Source: Blastocladiella emersonii ATCC 22665 (lineage: Eukaryota > Fungi > Blastocladiomycota). Taken from it: a DNA stretch of 64,000 nt. The stretch lies in the NCBI GenBank assembly GCA_025594325.1, contig JANHCV010000007.1:1178001-1242000 (forward strand). The letters are read 5' to 3'. The notes under the pieces are model-generated. The model made no database searches and had not been told where the DNA came from. It worked only from the letters and a program-made list of their open reading frames with translations. Shown here piece by piece: positions 36,512-47,330 of the stretch (positions are counted from its first letter, which is position 1; the number at the start of each line of letters is the position of its first letter). The position numbers were made by a program, and so were the translations under genes.

Positions 36512-38943
36512 CTACGCGATCTGGCCCTTGATATCGACCTTGGTGAAGTTGGTGAGGTACGACTCCATGACGTTGCGGAGCTTGCGTCCCTCGATACTCG
36601 CCGCGTCTGCGGGGACGAGATACTCGTCCACCCCGGCCCCGCCCCACACCTTGCGGACGACCTGGTTGATAAACTCGATCGCGTCCTTCGGGGACTCCCA
36701 CCCGAGCTCGGGCACGACGACGGCCGCGAGCGGCACCGTCATGTGCGACTTGGTCAGCACCCACAGCGCCTTGACGCGCTCGCGCGCGAGCAGCGGGTCG
36801 AGCAGGTACGTGCCCATGAGCAGGTCCGCGTCGCGGTACGCGCGGAACAGCGCCGGGTAGTCGCCGCGCAGCGCCGCGTCGCGCACCGCGAGCGCCTGCT
36901 GCACGTAGTGGTCGTCGAACTCGGCCGGCGTCAAGGTGCGCAGCAGCTGCTTCATGTCGCGGTGCGACTTGGTGAACACGTAGTACAGCACGCGGTAGGC
37001 TACACACGGTCGTGGGTGAGCATCGCGCGAGGAGGGAGGGTGAGTGGCGAGACAGCGTACCGGTAAACTCCATGCGGCACCCGCGGATCCCACGCTCGTA
37101 CAGGGCGATCAGCTGGGTCTGGCACTGGTTGAACTCGCCAAAGTCTTGCTACAGGCCCGCGCCGCGTCGCGTCGTCGTCAATCCCCTGCTCCAACACCCC
37201 GAACACCCCGCGAAAACGTACCATCTCGAGCGCGATGCGCGCGTGCATCTCGTACACCTGGACCGTGAACTCGTTCTGGATCCGCTGCACCAGCAGGTCC
37301 TGGCGCAGCGCCTTGAGCTGGTCGCACATGTAGATATAGTTGCGCTCGGCGGACCACTTGTCCTGGAGGAACGCAAACGCCTTCTCGAGGACGGGCAGCG
37401 GGCGGAAGTCGGCGGGGTTGGGCGCGGACGTGAGCCGGAGGTACGACTTCTCGAGCGCGGTGCTGGTCCCGATAATCGCGGCCTCGCCGTCCTCGTCGTC
37501 GCCGCCGCGCGCCGCACGGTGCGCCTCCTCGTACTGCGCGAAATTCTGCGACGCCAGGATCCGCGCCGCCGCGCGCTCCGCCTCGACCTTCTGCGCTTGC
37601 GCGCGGAACCGGAGCTCGCGCTCGCGCTTCTTGGCCTCGGCGTCGTCGCCGAGGTCCGCCATGGCCGAGGCTGCGGCTGCGGATGACCGGGCGGCGGCCT
37701 TGGCCGCGGTCTTGGCCGTCTTCTTGTTCTGCGGGTGCGCCACCGGCGGCTGCTTGAGCTTGTGCTTGGGCGACGCGACGAAGGCGGCGGGCGGTTGCTG
37801 GCGCGCGGACGGCGGGATGTACTTGGGCTCGTGGTGGTGGTGGTGCACGGGAACGGCGGCGGGAGCGGGTGACGGGGCGGGTGGGCGCCACGCCTTGGCC
37901 GTCGCCCCCGTTGTCGGCTCCATGGACGAGGCGCGCGACGTCCGCGCGTTGGTGGTGCCGGGCGAGCTGGCGCGCGACCCGTGCGCGGACGCGGCGGTGG
38001 CGTGGTGGAAGTCGCGCATGGCGCGGTCAAAGAAGTGGTGGGCGTTGAGCGAGCCCCAGTTGGTGTGCGGGTTGGCGCGCACGTAGTCCTTGAGGAACCG
38101 CTTGACGTGGTCCTCGGCGGCGCGCTGGTGCTTGTTGCTCGACGAGTTGACGGCGAGGACGGCCTTGATGAAGCCGCTACGAAGGGAAAGGGTCAGTACG
38201 CGGTCCGTTGGGTAGCTGCTGGCGGAGCGTACCGCATCTGCGGGTTGTTCGGGTCGACAGGCGGTGCACCCGGCGCCGCGGACGCGGAGTCCGACGGGAC
38301 AGGCGATGAAGTCGACACCTGCGGCTGCTGGTGGCGGGGATGCGCGCGGTGGTGGTGGTGGTTGTGCACCGGCGGGGAGGGCTCAGCGGAGCGTCCGCCG
38401 TTCCACGGCGCGCGGTACGCCTGTGGCGGCTGCTGCTGCTGCTGCCGGGTCAACGACGCCGGCGGCTTCTGCTGCACGTCGCGCCAGGGCGCAGCAGCGC
38501 TCGGCGGCGGCGGCTGGCGCATCGCCTGCTGCTGCTGCTGCTGTTGCTGCTGCTGGGCGAGCTGCGCCTGCATCATGTACTGCTGGTACGCCTGGTACTG
38601 CTGCTGCTGGGCCATGTACTGCTGCATCATGGCGGCCTGCTGCTGTTGCGACTGGGCGCCCGCGGCCGCCGTCGTCGGTGCAGCAGCAGCGCCGGCGGGC
38701 GTCGCGGCCGCTCCCGTGGCCCACTGCGCGTAGTACTTGGCCGCGTCGCTACATTGCCCCGCACGCGCGCGCGCGGTCAGGTCCCTGCGCGTGTGTGTGG
38801 TCGCGGCGAGAGATCCGGGCGGCCCGGGCGTACGCGTTCTGCCACGCGGCAGCGTACTGCTGCTGCGCCGTGAGCGCGGCTGCGGCGGCAGTGTCGCCCG
38901 GCGCGGTCGGCGGCGCGGCGCCGGGTTTCTCCTTTGGGCTCAT
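36512..38943 (-). CDS. THP3: SAC3/GANP/THP3 (LENG8-like) PCI-domain protein
   Basis: Start MSPKEKPG at 38943; four GTACG..TAG introns inferred; motifs IIGTSTALEKSYLRLTSAP, YMCDQLKALRQDLLVQ, YEMHARIALE, DFGEFNQCQTQL, AYRVLYY. Confidence 0.85.
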
Positions 38944-39187
38944 GACTGTTGGTGCGTTGCAGCGAGTGGGCGGGGTGCGTATGGCGCGCTTACAAGGTCG
39001 ATATGCGGGGGAGGAGAAGCGAGAGGGGGAGGGAGAAGCGGGGCGGTGGAGGTCGCACTCGCCGGCCGCCGTCGTCGCACTCGACGCTCCCTCTCCTCCG
39101 CCGCGACCATCCCTCACAACCGATTGAATCCATGCATCTCACGCCGCCGAGCCGGTGAAACATCACTACGAGATCGAACCCATTGCC

Positions 39188-40155
39188 ATGTCGTCCGACT
39201 CCGGGAGCACCCGGCCCGCGGCAGAGGACCCCATCGCCGCCATGCCGTCGTCCGACTCGGGGATCAGCCATCCCGCGCCCGAATCCACCACGCAGGAGCC
39301 GCGCGGCGAGACCTCGGAGCAGGTGGATGCGCGCTTGCCTTCGACCGAGGGGGTGGTGCGGGCGCTGGAGCCGGGCGAGGGTGCGAACACGCTGGCCGGC
39401 GCGTACAAAGTGTTCACCGAGTTCGCGCAGCTGTGCGTGAGCCGCGATGCCGAGCAGCGGAAGGGCGTGCTCGAGTCGGAGCGCGCCGTCGACCGCGCCC
39501 GCGACGACCTCGACCCCGACGTGACCCCGCGCCCCGCCGACGGCGAGCAGCACTCGCGCGACGTGTACCGCCGCGAGATGGACGTCGCCGACGCCGAGCG
39601 GATGCGCGCTGAGGTCGAGGAGCAGACGGCGTACGCTCTCGCTCGTAACGTGCGTTGATCGGAAGAAGACTGACACGGACGTGTGCGCGTAGAGGGCTCC
39701 GCGACAAGGAGCGCGAGCTCCGTGCCGAGTTTGCACGGCTCAAGGCCGAGCTGGCGACGCCGCTGCCACCGCCGGTCGAAGCGTACGCCCTTCACTGCCC
39801 ATCATCCCAGAGCGCATTCACTAAACGACTCGCCTCCAGGTTCGCGCTGCCCGTGTACCACGGGTTCGGCCTCGCGTTCGAGTCGACGCAGCCCAACGAG
39901 GAGCCCGCGCGGCCGACCCCCGCCGCCGCCGTCACAGCATCTCCCGGTGAGCCCAACGAGCGGCAGACCAAGCGGCAGCGCACGGCCGACGGCATGGCCC
40001 GTGCCGCGTCCCCACCGCTCGATCTCGCCAGCGTGCCGCTGCCCGAGGTCGTGTACGTGCGCAGCGCCGACGGGACGCGCAGCAAGGCCTTCATGCTCGA
40101 TGGCGAGCGGCCGTCGAGCGACACGGTCGACGCGCTATGGGAGTACACGGGATGA
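39188..40155 (+). CDS. Hypothetical coiled-coil protein
   Basis: join(39188..39630,39693..40155); 62-nt GTACGC..TAG intron joins EQTA|GLRDKERELRAEF in frame. Confidence 0.7.
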
Positions 40156-40249
40156 GAGATGAGACAAACGGGTTGTGTAATTATATTTATTTTTTTACTC
40201 TTTTCATCGTATGGAAAAATCAAAAGGCGGCCGGGCGAGCGCGGGCGAC

Positions 40250-40747
40250 CTAGGCCGAGGCGGCGGGGGCGGCGCGCTTCTTCTTGAAGTCGGAGATGGC
40301 GGCCTTGATGGCGTCCTCGGCGAGCATCGAGCAGTGCAGCTTGACTGGTGGCAGCGACAGCTCCTTGGCAATGGCCGAGTTCTTGATGGCGGCCGCCTCG
40401 TCGAGCGACAGCCCGCGCACCATCTCGGACACGAGCGACGAGCTGGCAATCGCCGACCCGCACCCGAACGTCTTGAACCGCGCGTCGACGATCTTGCCCG
40501 TCACCTCGTCCACCTTGATCTGCAGCTTCATCACGTCGCCGCACGCGGGCGCGCCGACCAGACCCGTGCCGACCGTCGGGTCGTTCTTGGGGAACGAGCC
40601 CACGTTGCGCGGGCGCTCGTAGTGGTCAATCACCTTCTCGTGGTACATGCGCGCTCCTGGCGCGGCAGTCGTCGTGGGCGTCGACAGGGCGGGCAGGACG
40701 GTGCGGCGCGCAGCGGCCGACGCGGAGGCAGAGGCGATGCGGAACAT
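40250..40747 (-). CDS. ISU1: Mitochondrial iron-sulfur cluster scaffold Isu1/IscU
   Basis: YHEKVIDHYERPRNVGS, GAPACGDVMKLQI, FKTFGCGSAIASSS, LPPVKLHCSMLAEDAIKAA; Arg-rich presequence. Confidence 0.97.
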   Translation of the reverse strand: MFRIASASASAAARRTVLPALSTPTTTAAPGARMYHEKVIDHYERPRNVGSFPKNDPTVGTGLVGAPACGDVMKLQIKVDEVTGKIVDARFKTFGCGSAIASSSLVSEMVRGLSLDEAAAIKNSAIAKELSLPPVKLHCSMLAEDAIKAAISDFKKKRAAPAASA

Positions 40748-41206
40748 GGCGGTGGTGGTGTTGGTGGCGTGGTGTTGGTATGACTTGTGGTGGTTTCCCG
40801 TTCTCGGTGGAGCGTGTCAACGGCAGTGGCGGAGCGCGTTACGAGTGTTACGTTGCAGGTTACGTGGTATCGTTGGTGAAGAGAGCGAGGGCCGGATGGG
40901 GGCGCGGCCAGCTTACATGTTGCCGACGCTGCCGCGTTCCCGCTCGATGGCCACTTGAAATCGGCGCGCCATCGGATAGCAGCCGTCACATGCCGGCCCG
41001 CTCAACCCTGTCACCACGAGCGATCGCGGCGCCACGTTCGAAGAACGCGTTGCCCGTGGCGCTTTCGACTCGCGTTTTTTTCGGCGACCCTCATCGGGCG
41101 CTCGCTCGGCGACCTACAAGTAGCGCGCCCCTCCCGCGCACCCTCCTCGCTCTCCCCAACGACGACGAGAACGGACGCCACCCTAGATCACACACCACGC
41201 TACACC

Positions 41207-43234
41207 ATGAAGGACCGCAAGAAGCAGCTCAAGGGCGACGCGCTCTTCTCGGCGTCGCGCGGCGCCATCGAGGCGTCGACGCCTGCCAGCTACGCGGCCG
41301 CCGACCCGTCGCCGCCCGAGGCCACGCTGCGCCTGCGCCACGTCGCCGGCTACCGCATCCGCGACTCGCGCTCCAACCTCTTCTTCGTGCACGCCACCCC
41401 CACCCAGGGCGCCGCCTCGGACACGATTGTGTTCCCCGCCGCGGCGCTCGGCGTCGTGCAGGACCTGACCAAGACGGCCGTCCCGCGCCAGGCCTACTTC
41501 TCGGCCCACACGGACGACGTGGTCGCCCTCACGTACCACGCCGGCACCAACGTGGCCGCGTCGGGCGACCTCGGCCTCGTGCCCGTCGTGCACGTCTGGC
41601 GTCCGTCGACGGCCTCGGTCGCGTCGGGCGCGCCCATCGAGCCGCTCGCCACGCTCAAGCTGCCCAAGGGCGCCAAGGGCGTCGCGGCGCTCGCCTTCTC
41701 GCACGACGCAAAGTACGTGGCCGCCGCCGCCCAGGACAACGACCACACGCTGCTCGTCTGGGACTGGGCCAAGTCGCCCGAGCCCGTGGCCGTGGCGCGC
41801 GGCGGGTCGTCGCCCATTGTCGACATGGCGTTCGGCCCCGCCGACGAGTTCATGTCGGTCGGCCAGAAGGCGGTGCGCCTGTGGTCGCTCGACCTGCCCA
41901 AGAAGACGCTCAACGCGCGCAACGGCGTGTTCGGCGACAAGGCCGAGATCCAGGTCGTGACCTCGGTCGCGCACCTCGCCAAGGAGGACGCCTTTGTCAC
42001 GGGCACCCAGACCGGCGACGTGCTCGTGTGGGGCAAGGACGGCCGCGTCGCCGCCAACCACGCCAAGGTGCACACGGGCCAGGTGTTTGCCCTGACCCCG
42101 CTCCCCGCCGGCGGCTTCGCCTCGGGCGGCAAGGACGGCCACGTCCAGCTGTGGTCCGCCGGCAAGCTCGAGCCCAACGGCAAGCCCATCGAGATCGCGA
42201 CCCCGTCCACGGCCAACGCGACGGCCGCGATCCGCGCCCTCGACGCGGCCGGCCACAAGCTGCTCGTCGGCCTCGACGACGCGACCGTCGCCACCTACTG
42301 CCTCAACCACAAGCACACGCTGGTCCACCTCGAGGGCCACTCGTGCGCCAAGGACGCGGAACTGTGGGGGCTCGCCGTCGTCGACGCCAAGCACGTCGTG
42401 ACCGCCGGCGACGACGCCACCCTGCTCCTGTGGGACACGCACTCGGGCGCCGTCGCCCACCGCGCCCCGCTGCCCGCCCCCGCCCGTGCCGTGGCGGCGT
42501 CGGCCGCGCGCGACGTGGTCGCCGTCGGGCTCCAGAACGGCGAGGTGCACTTCTTCGCGGCCTCGTCGCTCAAGCACCTCGGCAACGTGGCCGTGTCCAA
42601 GAAGGCGATCGCCGTGCTCGCCTTCTCGCCCGGCGCCGGGTCGCGCCTCGCTGCCGGCGCCCACGACACGACCGTGTACATTCTCGGCGCCGGGGAGGGT
42701 AAGGACACGCACTACACGGTGCTCGGGTCGAACCCGGCACACTCGTCGTTCCTCACCGCCATTGACTGGTCGGCCGACGGCACCACGGTGCAGTCCAACT
42801 CGGGCGACTACGAGCTGCTGTTCACGCACGTCGGCGCGCACGGGACCCCCGGGTCCGAGATCAAGCAGATCACGCAGGCGTCGTCGCTCCGCGAGACCAA
42901 GTGGGCGACGTACACGTGCACGATCGGGTGGCCCACGCGCGGGATCTGGTCCGAGGGCCAGGACGGGCTCGATATCAACGCCGTCGACCGGTTCCTCCCC
43001 GCCGGCGTCAACGACACCCAGACGGCGCCGCGCGCGCTCCTCGCGCTCGGCAACGACGCGTCCAAGGTCGAGCTGCTCCGGTACCCCGCGGTCCACGGCG
43101 GCCGCGCCACGCCGCGCAAGACGTACGGCGGCCACTCGTCGCACGTCACTAACGTCCGGTTCGCGGCGGACGGGAACACGCTGTTCTCGACGGGCGGCAT
43201 GGACGGGTGCCTCATGTTCTGGTCGGTCGTGTAA
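41207..43234 (+). CDS. EML/EMAP-like protein (HELP motif plus WD40 tandem propeller)
   Basis: HELP-like LRLRHVAGYRIRDSRSNLFF; repeated WD40 units; typical EML C-terminus HSSHVTNVRF..LFSTGGMDGCLMFW. Start at MKDRKK (41207) inferred. Confidence 0.85.
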   Translation: MKDRKKQLKGDALFSASRGAIEASTPASYAAADPSPPEATLRLRHVAGYRIRDSRSNLFFVHATPTQGAASDTIVFPAAALGVVQDLTKTAVPRQAYFSAHTDDVVALTYHAGTNVAASGDLGLVPVVHVWRPSTASVASGAPIEPLATLKLPKGAKGVAALAFSHDAKYVAAAAQDNDHTLLVWDWAKSPEPVAVARGGSSPIVDMAFGPADEFMSVGQKAVRLWSLDLPKKTLNARNGVFGDKAEIQVVTSVAHLAKEDAFVTGTQTGDVLVWGKDGRVAANHAKVHTGQVFALTPLPAGGFASGGKDGHVQLWSAGKLEPNGKPIEIATPSTANATAAIRALDAAGHKLLVGLDDATVATYCLNHKHTLVHLEGHSCAKDAELWGLAVVDAKHVVTAGDDATLLLWDTHSGAVAHRAPLPAPARAVAASAARDVVAVGLQNGEVHFFAASSLKHLGNVAVSKKAIAVLAFSPGAGSRLAAGAHDTTVYILGAGEGKDTHYTVLGSNPAHSSFLTAIDWSADGTTVQSNSGDYELLFTHVGAHGTPGSEIKQITQASSLRETKWATYTCTIGWPTRGIWSEGQDGLDINAVDRFLPAGVNDTQTAPRALLALGNDASKVELLRYPAVHGGRATPRKTYGGHSSHVTNVRFAADGNTLFSTGGMDGCLMFWSVV

Positions 43235-43288
43235 AGGGAGGTATAGTGAGGTTCTGTATAATACACGCGCGTCGTCTTTTTGTCTTGC

Positions 43289-44260
43289 TTACAGCATCTC
43301 GATCCCGAGCAGCGCGCGAAACTGCTCGAACAGCGGCAGCGAGATGGTAAAGTGCGGCGCGAGCCGCCAGTACGACGGCGCCCATCCCTTGAACAGCGCG
43401 CGCGGGCCCTCGTCGCGCACCGTCTTGACGAAGCAGTCGAGCACCCCGGAATAGTGCAGGTGGTGCGGGTCGCCCATGATCCGGCTCTTGACGAGATCCG
43501 CGGGCGCGGCCAGCGTCGCCGCACACAGCCCCGCGACCACGCTCGCCACGACGTGCAAGACCGGCCCGTCGTCCGCGACCCGGTACACGTCGCGCAGGAG
43601 GTACTTGGTGTGGTCGTACGACGCCATCTGGCCGGCCGTCAGCAGCGCGGCGCGCGTGGCCGTCGCGCTCACGCCCGTGTACAGTCCCGCGGCGCCGTCG
43701 CGCTGCACGATCGTCGCGAACGCGTGCGCGACGCCGCGGTAGCTCGGGGCCGTCCCGGCCCGCAGACCCGTCACGTAAAGGCCGCCGGCGACGCGGCCCG
43801 CCTCGGCCTGCTGTCTGATCTTGACGAGGTCGAGCGGGCTCGCGAGACACGACCCGAGCGCGCCCGTCGTCATGCCCGCGGCGAACTTGGTGGCGAGCCC
43901 GACGTCGTGCACCGCCTGGTCGCCGTGGTGCGTTGACGAGTAGAACAGCCGCTTCACGGGCGCGTACAGACCGAACCGGATCGACGAGTACGACGCCTCG
44001 CGCAGGACCGACGCCGTCATCCCGGGCAAGACGAGCCCGCGCACGCCTTCTTCGGCAAAGATCTTGGCGGCAGTCGCGCGGAACCCGCCCGGGTACGTCA
44101 GTGCGGGCCGCGCGAGGTGCGCTTCGTCGGCGAGCACGCGCTGCATTTGCATTCGCAGCTTGACCACGTCCATCGGGTTCGTCACCACGCACGCCACCAC
44201 GCACGCGAGGCCGCCCGCGGTCATCTCGCGCAGGGTCGCCAGGGGCTTCTTTTCGGTCAT
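43289..44260 (-). CDS. Mitochondrial carrier (SLC25; UCP/dicarboxylate/oxoglutarate-like subgroup)
   Basis: Three Px[DE]xx[KR] signatures: NPMDVVKLR, SPLDLVKIR, APADLVKSR; YSSIRFGLY, SYDHTK, FKGWAPSYWRLAPH. Confidence 0.92.
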   Translation of the reverse strand: MTEKKPLATLREMTAGGLACVVACVVTNPMDVVKLRMQMQRVLADEAHLARPALTYPGGFRATAAKIFAEEGVRGLVLPGMTASVLREASYSSIRFGLYAPVKRLFYSSTHHGDQAVHDVGLATKFAAGMTTGALGSCLASPLDLVKIRQQAEAGRVAGGLYVTGLRAGTAPSYRGVAHAFATIVQRDGAAGLYTGVSATATRAALLTAGQMASYDHTKYLLRDVYRVADDGPVLHVVASVVAGLCAATLAAPADLVKSRIMGDPHHLHYSGVLDCFVKTVRDEGPRALFKGWAPSYWRLAPHFTISLPLFEQFRALLGIEML

Positions 44261-45942
44261 GGCAGCAGCAGTCTAGGTGTGCAATTCGCGATTCATGGAC
44301 GGTGAGGGGCGCGGGGAGAGAGAGAGAGCGGTGGGCGGCGGTGGGCGGCGGTTGGCGTGGCGTTCCTTCGCCCGCCCGGGAAACTCGCTCGTGCGCGCGC
44401 ATGCGCCCGCGGAGGTCATGCGCACGCGCACGCGTGTCCCCAACAACGGGTCCGCGCGCTCGGTAACCCCCGCCGTCTCCCCTGGCGCGAGGCGTCGTCG
44501 ATCTCCCCCCTCTCCTCTCTCCCGACGACGATAGAACGAGTGCTCACTGTGTTGATGAGGATGAAGCGATGATGATGTGCGAGCTACGTCGTGAACGTTC
44601 AGTGAGGTCGGGTCGCGTCGTTGTTGGTATTGGTGATGCAGCCGCAGGCGGGCTCGCGAGCGAACCATCCGCTGTACTTGAGCCGTCGGATGGAATTCTG
44701 TTAGCTGTACCAGTGTCGAGAGCATGCGGAATGGTCGTACGGCGGCGGCCGGCGCTGTAGCTCGTTGTGGCGCATCACGTCCTCGATCAGCTTGCACGTG
44801 AGGGCTGAGCGCGTCCACGCTCTGCCACCGCACCAGCCTCTTGCGCATGGGCATTGATTCAAGTACCATGCGTTCTGCTTCCCAAGACACGAGGCTCTCA
44901 CTCTCCCTAAACTCGTTTGGCTGTCTTGGAACTCTGAAGCGAGGGAGTCGGACCGCGAACGGCTGCACCGGTTCGACGAGCACGTTTCGCTGAAGCTCTC
45001 CGGCAAGCCATTTGCGTACCCCGGCGCGAGAACGCACCTGCTCGTCGAGCTCTTCCGCATCTACCAGTCCCGGACGCGGTCACAGAGATTGCAGCGGCGA
45101 GCGAGTTGGGGCTGTCTGGCGCATGGGTCCATACTCCTTTTTGTCCGACGAACAAGGAGGAGAAGCAGTGAAATGATGATTACGCGCGAAAGGGTGATGC
45201 GGCGCACCAAATCCTCTTCCTCGCGAGCAGGCGGAACGGCTTGCGCTGATGGTCGACGGCGCGAAGCGACGTGGTCGTGGCCGTGAGGAGCGCAGGAAGA
45301 GGTTGATTATACATGAACGTCGTTTCTTAAACTTGTGTACCTGGGTCACGGACACTCCTCCCAAGCTTCAAAGCGAACCGTTGGACTCAATGGATTGTGA
45401 TCAGCTTTGCGTGACGTCAGCAGCAGCCTCGCATGCGCTGGTTGCGAAAAGTCAGCCTGTCGCCTTCAATGATGGGCGGCAGGAACAACAATCAGTACAA
45501 CATGAGGGCGAGTTCGCCGCATTTGAGAGTACGGAACTCATCGGGTCGGACCCTGAGGCGACGCTTGGGAGAATCGAACCTCCGCGCCGTGATGACTCCA
45601 GTGATCGCACTGCTTTGGATACCGTTGAAGTACGGCGTTTGCTTGACGGGTGCAGGATTTTTAGATCGTGCGTTTTGAGATGTTGGGGATCCGGGAGTCC
45701 TTGAGAAAGGTGAGGATGTCAAAGCCGCTCGAGTATCACGTCGCTGAATGAGACGAAAGCTTGAGTTGAAGGCGAAGAACTTTTCGCGACCAGGCTTGCG
45801 ACCAACACTCGTGTCATGCCGGCTGTTCCTCGTGCTTAGCCCATCACTATTTCGCTTTCTGCTACTGAGGGTTGCTCTCAACCAACATCTGCTCCGGCAT
45901 CGTGAACTTGGTCAGCGCCGAGACAGTAAGTTCACACCGCTT

Positions 45943-46230
45943 CATCGGAAATCCGGGCCTTGCGAATTTGCGGCCAATTTACACGGTTTGGAGGCAAATT
46001 TTAAACCTGAGCAAATTTGCACCAAATTGAGCGGCGGCCCGCGGGTCGGCTAGGACAGCGAATTTGCAACCAATTGACGTTCAATCTGCTGCGACTTGAT
46101 GGCACATTTGATGGCCAATTTGTGAGACGAGCGACCCGGTTGGCGCACGAATTGTTGGCAAATTTACACGATGGGGACTGCGTTTTGGTGCAAATTTGCG
46201 AGTGTATTGCGTACAGGGAGATATCAGATA
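45943..46230. mobile_element. Degenerate TIR/MITE-like element with GCAAATTTGC palindromic sub-repeats (copy 1)
   Basis: Starts CATCGGAAATC after TT; perfect palindromes at 46011-46020 and 46190-46199; homologous in inverted orientation to 49558-49662. Confidence 0.5.
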
Positions 46231-47330
46231 CAGGTCAGAGCGCCACCGCCGCGGGTCGCGCGGCACGCGAGTCGGAATCCCGGCCCGCGCGCGACGACGA
46301 TGCACGACAAGCAGGTACCCGAGCGGACCGCAGACGCCGTCGCCAGCACCAAGTCTCCGCGCTCGGAGCCGCCGTCCGTGACCCGAACCGCGTGCGCGTC
46401 GCACCTATTGCGATCCACGGTCAGGCTTCGCCACGACGCCGAGTAGAGAAACCGGCCGGGCGAGATATAGCTCAGAGATCGCTGCTACAAGCAAGAAAGG
46501 TCCGAGGGCTCATGTGAGTCGCGCTGCGCCTCGAGCGGCGGGTGACAAGGGCGTACCGTGTTGTCTTGGGGTTCGGCACCCTACAGCTTGCGGATCTTGC
46601 TCGTCGGTTGGGCCGTCGCGATGTGGCGGGTCGATGGTGCAGCGAGAGACCAGTGGATCACGAGGGGATACGCGAATCGATGCTAGCGAGCATGTCAGAC
46701 GCGCGCCAACTTTTGCGCAGCGACGAGAAGTGTCGAGCGTACCTGTGACTGGGACTTGACGCACGCGGTGGCCGCGGTCGAATAGCTTGAGCGAGCCCGT
46801 CGGCGCTACAGGAGGGAGCGTGCAGCGTGAGTGCATGAGACACGCGGAGATGGTGTGGCAGAGACGGCGTACCGTCGCACGCGAGGCTGAATCGATGGTC
46901 TCAGGCCCATGAGTCGCCAAATGTTGAGTCCCTGGTGGCGGACGCGCGCCGGCGGCTACATGGGCACCGCACAGGTGTCAGCACCTTTGACGAGCGCGCA
47001 CACGGCTGGTAGCCCGGTGGGGTCCCCTTGCGCTGCGCCGTGCTGCGCCCGAGGAACGAGCGCGGCGGAGCCCGCGTATGACGGTGCGCACGCGCGGCAG
47101 CGACGACACCGCTGGTCTCACGGTGCGTCGACGGCGGGCCAGAGCAGAGGGTGAAGCGCTCCACGCCGGGCACACCGCTCCGAAACCGCAACACGACGGT
47201 CGGCGCGATGGGAGCCAAGCGCGCGGCGGCGGCCGCGGCGGAGCGGAATGACGCGTACCTGTTGACGGTGGCCGCATGAATGCCGTGCGTCGAGGTCGCA
47301 GTGTGCTTCGTTGTCGGATGGGTGATACAT
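46215..47330 (-). pseudogene. Decayed multi-exon gene, probably WD40-repeat
   Basis: Three canonical introns (46806-46872, 46683-46742, 46485-46556; GTACGC, CTCAC/CTGAC, TAG); no continuous frame. Fragments GSLKLFD, GRFLYSASWRSLTV and VLATASA resemble WD40 strands; promoter-type ACGCGTCTC at 47468. Confidence 0.5.
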
